In this document: positions 25,910 to 29,857 of the stretch, piece by piece
Layout of the letters: every line of letters begins with the position of its first letter
How positions within the stretch are numbered: position 1 is the first letter of the stretch
Virus record (IMG/VR): IMGVR_UViG_3300033067_000050
Span: 1-29,857 of that record
DNA from: a virus
Taxonomy: Duplodnaviria > Caudoviricetes
DNA length: 29,857 nucleotides
Strand: one strand, 5' to 3'
Notes under the pieces: generated by a model
The model's input: the letters and a program-made list of their open reading frames with translations, nothing else
Database searches by the model: none
Told to the model about the DNA's origin: nothing
Made by a program: the position numbers and the translations under genes

Positions 25910-26397
25910 AAAAAAACCATAGCACCCATTACTACATCCATAGGCATATGTTTCATTACATCACAATAGGTAACGCTACCATTATAATCTTCTATATTGT
26001 ATTTGTCTTTATACTTTTCTGTTACTGGTCTGTATAGTACAGCCATAGCATTGTGCATTTTATCCCACTTGCCAAAGTAGTTATCTAAGTCACTAAATTC
26101 ACCTAAGCTTATTTCATCCAGGTTAGGAATAAAACCAAAGTTAGTATTACCAAGTTTAAAAATAGGTTTAAGCTTATATTCAGCATTAAACATTTCATTA
26201 AGTAAAGCTATAATTTCGTTAACTTCTTTTAAAGGAATTGTAGGTACTAATTTTAAAGGTACATTACAAAATATCTCTATCATCTTTTGCTGTACAAAAT
26301 CACTCTCTGGGTTATTCTCCATAATAGATACAAACCTTTGATACTGATCTAAAGTAATTTCATTTAAAGAAGTAGGTATAGTTATTTGTAGTTGCAT
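25711..26397 (-). CDS. Tail assembly chaperone (G-like, 0 frame)
   Basis: 228-aa ORF with slippery GTT TTT TTT TAC at 25917..25906. Confidence 0.72.
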   Translation of the reverse strand: MQLQITIPTSLNEITLDQYQRFVSIMENNPESDFVQQKMIEIFCNVPLKLVPTIPLKEVNEIIALLNEMFNAEYKLKPIFKLGNTNFGFIPNLDEISLGEFSDLDNYFGKWDKMHNAMAVLYRPVTEKYKDKYNIEDYNGSVTYCDVMKHMPMDVVMGAMVFFYNLSSELMISSLNYLEQNPQVQAMIDKHNSEQNGDGIHLSMLYLKEMLEDLMKFPNYAYTLPLHS

Positions 26398-26398
26398 A

Positions 26399-26435
26399 TT
26401 TTATTTTAAAAATAATTATTTAAGCTAATTGTATA
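26399..26435 (-). promoter_or_regulatory. Putative late promoter
   Basis: ATACAATT-N14-TTTTTAAAATAAAA. Confidence 0.7.
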
Positions 26436-26440
26436 AAATG

Positions 26441-26466
26441 AAAAAGGTAGCCATTTCTGACTACCC
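26441..26466 (-). terminator. Intrinsic terminator
   Basis: GGGTAGTCA-GAAA-TGGCTACCT followed by a T-run. Confidence 0.8.
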
Positions 26467-26490
26467 TCTCAACCAATTTAACCTAACTAA

Positions 26491-26709
26491 TTATGAAGCT
26501 CTTTCTCTATAGTATAAATATAGTTCGCTTATTTTATCGTTTAATTCCTGATCCTGTTTATATACTTGTTTACCTTGTATCTTAGATCCGTTTATGTTTA
26601 TTTCTAATCTTACTTTATTTATTTTTCTTTTACCCTCCATATAAAACTCATTTAAGCAAACAGGATAGATTGTTATTCCATTTTCTACACACCATTTAAA
26701 AGCTTCCAT
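26491..26709 (-). CDS. Hypothetical protein (start reassigned to MEAFKW...)
   Basis: ATG at 26709 follows the upstream stop with leader TAAAACAATG; the ORF-track start at 26748 overlaps the upstream gene. Confidence 0.7.
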   Translation of the reverse strand: MEAFKWCVENGITIYPVCLNEFYMEGKRKINKVRLEININGSKIQGKQVYKQDQELNDKISELYLYYRERAS

Positions 26710-26713
26710 TGTT

Positions 26714-26956
26714 TTAGCGTAATCCTTTAAGTATTGCTTCAAGCTCATTTGTTAAAAGTATTTGATTTGTGGTTTTAAAATAATCTCTAAGCTTAGTTAG
26801 TTCTTTTCTAGTGTTAGTTACTTTAGCTTCTAATTCTTTAACGTAATATTTAGCAGCATCACTTTCATTATCTTGGTTATCCCAAAATCTGTCTTCATTA
26901 CTTGGATCGTAATCCATTTCTAAATCGTCTGTAGGATCTTTATAAAATAAAATCAT
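26714..26956 (-). CDS. Hypothetical acidic/coiled-coil protein
   Basis: 80-aa ORF, ATGA-coupled. Confidence 0.7.
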   Translation of the reverse strand: MILFYKDPTDDLEMDYDPSNEDRFWDNQDNESDAAKYYVKELEAKVTNTRKELTKLRDYFKTTNQILLTNELEAILKGLR

Positions 26957-27054
26957 ATTCTAGCTATTTGAGTTATGATATAAATTAAAACTAAATAAGC
27001 AAATGTAAGCTGTGGTCTTTTGTTCTGTAAAAAGAATTTAATAAATGTTTTCAT
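26953..27054 (-). CDS. Small membrane peptide, 33 aa (MKTFIKFFLQNKRPQLTFAYLVLIYIITQIARI)
   Basis: Translated by hand; leader AAAAACAAAAACTATG directly after a promoter. Confidence 0.72.
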   Translation of the reverse strand: MKTFIKFFLQNKRPQLTFAYLVLIYIITQIARI

Positions 27055-27061
27055 AGTTTTT

Positions 27062-27140
27062 GTTTTTAATTATTGTGTAAAGATATAAACCTTTTTTAAA
27101 CTAAAAAATACTTTAACATTTTTTTAAGAAAACTTTAACA
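27062..27140 (-). promoter_or_regulatory. Early-type promoter with three phased boxes
   Basis: TATCTTTA (variant -7 box) at 27085..27078, ATAATTAAAAAC; ttaaca 27113, ttaaga 27124, ttaaca 27135. Confidence 0.75.
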
Positions 27141-27276
27141 TTTGAATAGCTACTTCATACATAGCCTTCATCTTCTTAATCTCACCTATATTTCTAGGTA
27201 AGTTAATCTGTACTTGCTGCCCTGTACTATGATGTATGTAGCATTGTATAACTGCTATTATTTCTCCGTAAGTCAT
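27124..27276 (-). CDS. Small hypothetical protein, 50 aa (MTYGEIIAVIQCYIHH...)
   Basis: Translated by hand; follows the terminase gene. Confidence 0.65.
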   Translation of the reverse strand: MTYGEIIAVIQCYIHHSTGQQVQINLPRNIGEIKKMKAMYEVAIQMLKFS

Positions 27277-27297
27277 ATTAGTAAAATGGCTAATCCG

Positions 27298-28506
27298 TTA
27301 GTATACGTAATAGTTACCTTTGTGTTTATTCTCTAATTGATAACTAACAGCGTATCTTAAAGCATCTAGTAAGTGGTTATGATTATCTATAGGAGTATTA
27401 GATTTCTTTTCTAACCAAACATAGTTATTTAGTTCTTTAATTAAGTTAACTGATTCAGGTGTTACTATTAAATCGTAATCTTGTAATAAAGATATTCCAT
27501 AAGTTACAGATCCTGGTCCTTTAATTGCAGGTGTAATGTTTAAACCTGATTGTGATAACTCAGTTATTAATCTTGGCTCTGCACTATCTGCTATTATAAG
27601 TCCATCGTTAACGTATTGCTTATTTAAATTGAATATCTGCGATGTTGTAAGGTTAGGTAAGTAAAAGCATTCATTAATATAAATTCGTTTGTTAGAAACG
27701 TCTATATTACATTCTACTAAAGTTGTTGGATCATTACTGAAACCAAAATCCTGTCCGTATATAGTTGTACCTACGTGTTCGTACTTACCGATACTCCAAT
27801 TATTAAAGATAACACCCTCTGCTTTTTGTAACCATCCTCCCTCAATTTGATGTTTAAACTTTTCTGGTCTACGTTTCTTTATATCTTCTATTTGAGTTAT
27901 AAAAGATTCTGAAAGGTTATCTAAGTTATCTAAGTAAGTTGTATGAATATAAGTAGTATCTAATTTAGTTGTATTACTACCCTCTTGCACTCCTTTACTT
28001 TCAAAGAAGCGTTTATATATCCAATGCTCTTTTGTAGTTGGGTTAAGTATTAAGATAACTCTATTTTGTTTATCTTTACTTCTAATAGATAAATCTATCT
28101 TATCGAAAGTATCTTCATCTACTAGCTCTTCTGCTTCATCTAATATCCAGGTAGTAACACCTTGTAAAGATTTAAGGTTTGCTGTTTGATCACCTGAACT
28201 TGTTTTAATTCCTTTAAATAATATCTTGCTGCCTGTTCTTAGATTTACTATTTCTTCTTTCGTTATGTGAAAATCATTGTTTAAACCTAAAGTATCTATC
28301 TTATCTATAAACTCAGGTATAATAGAAATATAAGCTGATGTTAAAGTGTATCTTGTAAATAGTATTGTGTGTCCTGCTTCATAAGTAAGCATAGTAAGCA
28401 GTAGATTCACTGAGTAAGATTTACCAGATCCTCTACCACCTGTTACTACAAAGTATCTACTATCAGCTTCACCTATTACTCGATACTTATTATTTATTTG
28501 AATCAT
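27298..28506 (-). CDS. terL: Terminase large subunit (PBSX/SPP1-like); likely start MIQINNKY
   Basis: Walker A GGRGSGKS, Walker B ILDEAEE, LNP, DFGFSNDP, NHLLDALRYA. Confidence 0.95.
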   Translation of the reverse strand: MIQINNKYRVIGEADSRYFVVTGGRGSGKSYSVNLLLTMLTYEAGHTILFTRYTLTSAYISIIPEFIDKIDTLGLNNDFHITKEEIVNLRTGSKILFKGIKTSSGDQTANLKSLQGVTTWILDEAEELVDEDTFDKIDLSIRSKDKQNRVILILNPTTKEHWIYKRFFESKGVQEGSNTTKLDTTYIHTTYLDNLDNLSESFITQIEDIKKRRPEKFKHQIEGGWLQKAEGVIFNNWSIGKYEHVGTTIYGQDFGFSNDPTTLVECNIDVSNKRIYINECFYLPNLTTSQIFNLNKQYVNDGLIIADSAEPRLITELSQSGLNITPAIKGPGSVTYGISLLQDYDLIVTPESVNLIKELNNYVWLEKKSNTPIDNHNHLLDALRYAVSYQLENKHKGNYYVY

Positions 28507-28786
28507 TAAATGTAAATAGATTTCTAAAGTCAATATTAAAACCCTCACTAGAGTTAATATCTATACTTTGATTTGGTTTTCCTAAATAGTACTCCAGGAA
28601 TAACTGAGCTGCTTTTATATCTTGTTTACTTACTGCTTTAGTATGTACCATTTTAATAACTTGTATAACATCCTCTACAGTTGCAGCTTGTTCTAATGCA
28701 CTTCTATATTCGTTCTTTCTTTTGTCTATTCCACTCTTGCTTTTTGTTGAGTGTCCTTTATTTCCGTTTTGACTTCTTTTATCCAT
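28490..28786 (-). CDS. Putative terminase small subunit
   Basis: Directly upstream of terL; AAQLFLEYYLGKP motif. Confidence 0.7.
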   Translation of the reverse strand: MDKRSQNGNKGHSTKSKSGIDKRKNEYRSALEQAATVEDVIQVIKMVHTKAVSKQDIKAAQLFLEYYLGKPNQSIDINSSEGFNIDFRNLFTFNDSNK

Positions 28787-28806
28787 AATAGAATCTATAT
28801 ATTAGA

Positions 28807-28842
28807 TTTTTATTTAAAAATAATATAAATAACTAATTGTTA
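28807..28842 (-). promoter_or_regulatory. Putative late promoter
   Basis: TAACAATT-N14-TTTTTAAATAAAAA. Confidence 0.7.
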
Positions 28843-29685
28843 AATTCCACAGAATCCAGAATCACATTCATTAAAATCATCATCAAAGAAAGTAGCTTGT
28901 GTACCGAACTTTAATATTTGACTAAAGCTAACATCTGAAAGAAATCTATTACCTGTTTTTATTTCTTGCTTTTCAAACCATTTAACTTTATCTATGTCTT
29001 TACTAGCCATATGCGAAATCATTAATGGCTGTCTATTAACGCAACCTACACAGTTATTTCTGTATGCAAATCTTACAGGTTTATCATTCCAATAGTTATA
29101 AATTATATCTTTAGCTATATTGTTTTCAATTAAAGGAAATTTACATATTCTATAAGGTACTTTACCCCATTTATTTCTTGTACCTGCTTTACCTATTATA
29201 GTTTCAAAGTGTTCTATTCCGTTTTGTTCTGCTCTTGCTAAAACACCCTCTGCTCTTTTTATTTCATTTGGCCTAAAACCTATTCGCATTTCTACAGGTA
29301 GTTCTGTATTTTCTTTTAAGTAATTAAAGATAGGTTTAAGCTTCATTTCAACTGTGCAGTATCTAGTCATCTTATTGGGTAAATAGTTATAGTTTCTTTT
29401 TATTACTTTTTCAAAAGTATCACCTGTTATTATTTTTATTTCAGATCCTACAAATTGTTCTAAATCTAAAATAGTATAAATGATATCATCCATTTCAGCA
29501 GTACCTATAAACTCCTGTCCTATTCTATCAGATATAAGTTGTCTTGTTTTTTCGTCTTTACCTTTCATCCAAAGGTTATCAGTATCTTCTATTCTTACCA
29601 AAGAAAAAATATTTATATCTGCTGGATAGTGTTTAGCAATATAAGCTGATGTTTTACCGCCTGAAATGCTATTTACTGTTTTCAT
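28840..29685 (-). CDS. PAPS reductase-like (PP-loop) protein with Cys clusters
   Basis: SISGGKTSAY, RYCT..MKLKP, RIGFR..E..R, NNCVGC, CDSGFCG. Confidence 0.8.
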   Translation of the reverse strand: MKTVNSISGGKTSAYIAKHYPADINIFSLVRIEDTDNLWMKGKDEKTRQLISDRIGQEFIGTAEMDDIIYTILDLEQFVGSEIKIITGDTFEKVIKRNYNYLPNKMTRYCTVEMKLKPIFNYLKENTELPVEMRIGFRPNEIKRAEGVLARAEQNGIEHFETIIGKAGTRNKWGKVPYRICKFPLIENNIAKDIIYNYWNDKPVRFAYRNNCVGCVNRQPLMISHMASKDIDKVKWFEKQEIKTGNRFLSDVSFSQILKFGTQATFFDDDFNECDSGFCGI

Positions 29686-29803
29686 ATTTTTGTTTTAGTA
29701 TCTTTCTATAAATAGTATTTACTGATTCTTTATTACATCCTCTTTTATAGTAAAAGTTTATTACTCTTAATATTCTTTGTAGTTCTGATTGTTTTGGCTT
29801 CAT
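29669..29803 (-). CDS. Small basic protein, 44 aa (MKPKQSELQRILRVINFYYKRGCNKESV...)
   Basis: Translated by hand; ATGA-coupled to the origin-spanning ORF. Confidence 0.7.
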   Translation of the reverse strand: MKPKQSELQRILRVINFYYKRGCNKESVNTIYRKILKQKYENSK

Positions 29804-29857
29804 AATTTATATATTTCTCTTTTAACTTCTTGATAATATTTATGTCTAAATCCGTGA
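29800..29857 (-). CDS. 3' part of the origin-spanning 73-aa ORF (...HGFRHKYYQEVKREIYKL)
   Basis: 164+58 = 222 nt, in frame across the junction. Confidence 0.85.
   Translation of the reverse strand, partial: HGFRHKYYQEVKREIYKL

Noticed and set aside
28507-28548. Longer terL N-terminus from the ORF track
   Set aside because: It would overlap terS by 59 nt; the ATG at 28506 gives the usual short overlap and a typical distance to Walker A
28792-28808. AATCTA-N5-TAGATT inverted repeat in the terS leader as a pac site
   Set aside because: Only 6-bp AT-rich arms; expected by chance

Overview
This window looks like a complete, circularly permuted genome (about 29.9 kb, very AT-rich) of a tailed dsDNA siphovirus-like phage. 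The host is probably Bacteroidota/Flavobacterium-like, inferred from TAnnTTTG promoters and A-rich leaders with no Shine-Dalgarno. All supportable genes lie on the minus strand, and the two ends join in frame to make one intact ORF. Modules in transcription order: PAPS-reductase-like gene and terminases; a small early-type island; tail assembly chaperone with a -1 slippery site, tail and tape measure; protease, scaffold, capsid, major tail, portal, adaptor and fibre; holin, M15 endolysin and u-spanin; a non-coding control region; NinG, ERF, SSB-like, DnaB-like helicase, ECF-like sigma, nucleases, DUF3310, RecE-like exonuclease, HTH, DnaA-C-like protein and a C5 methyltransferase. I recognised no integrase, DNA polymerase, primase, tRNA or CRISPR array. 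The most unusual signals are non-coding. (1) A perfect 26+4+26 nt homopyrimidine mirror repeat (H-DNA motif) lies downstream of the only plus-strand promoter found and a hairpin. (2) Two 3' UTRs read as antisense copies of translation-initiation regions. (3) TTAACA boxes in 11-bp phase sit at three early promoters. (4) A late-promoter motif occurs five times. (5) Capsid and portal carry rare-codon patches. (6) TAD heptad repeats may be fibre-docking sites. All product calls come from recognising motifs by eye; no database search was run.
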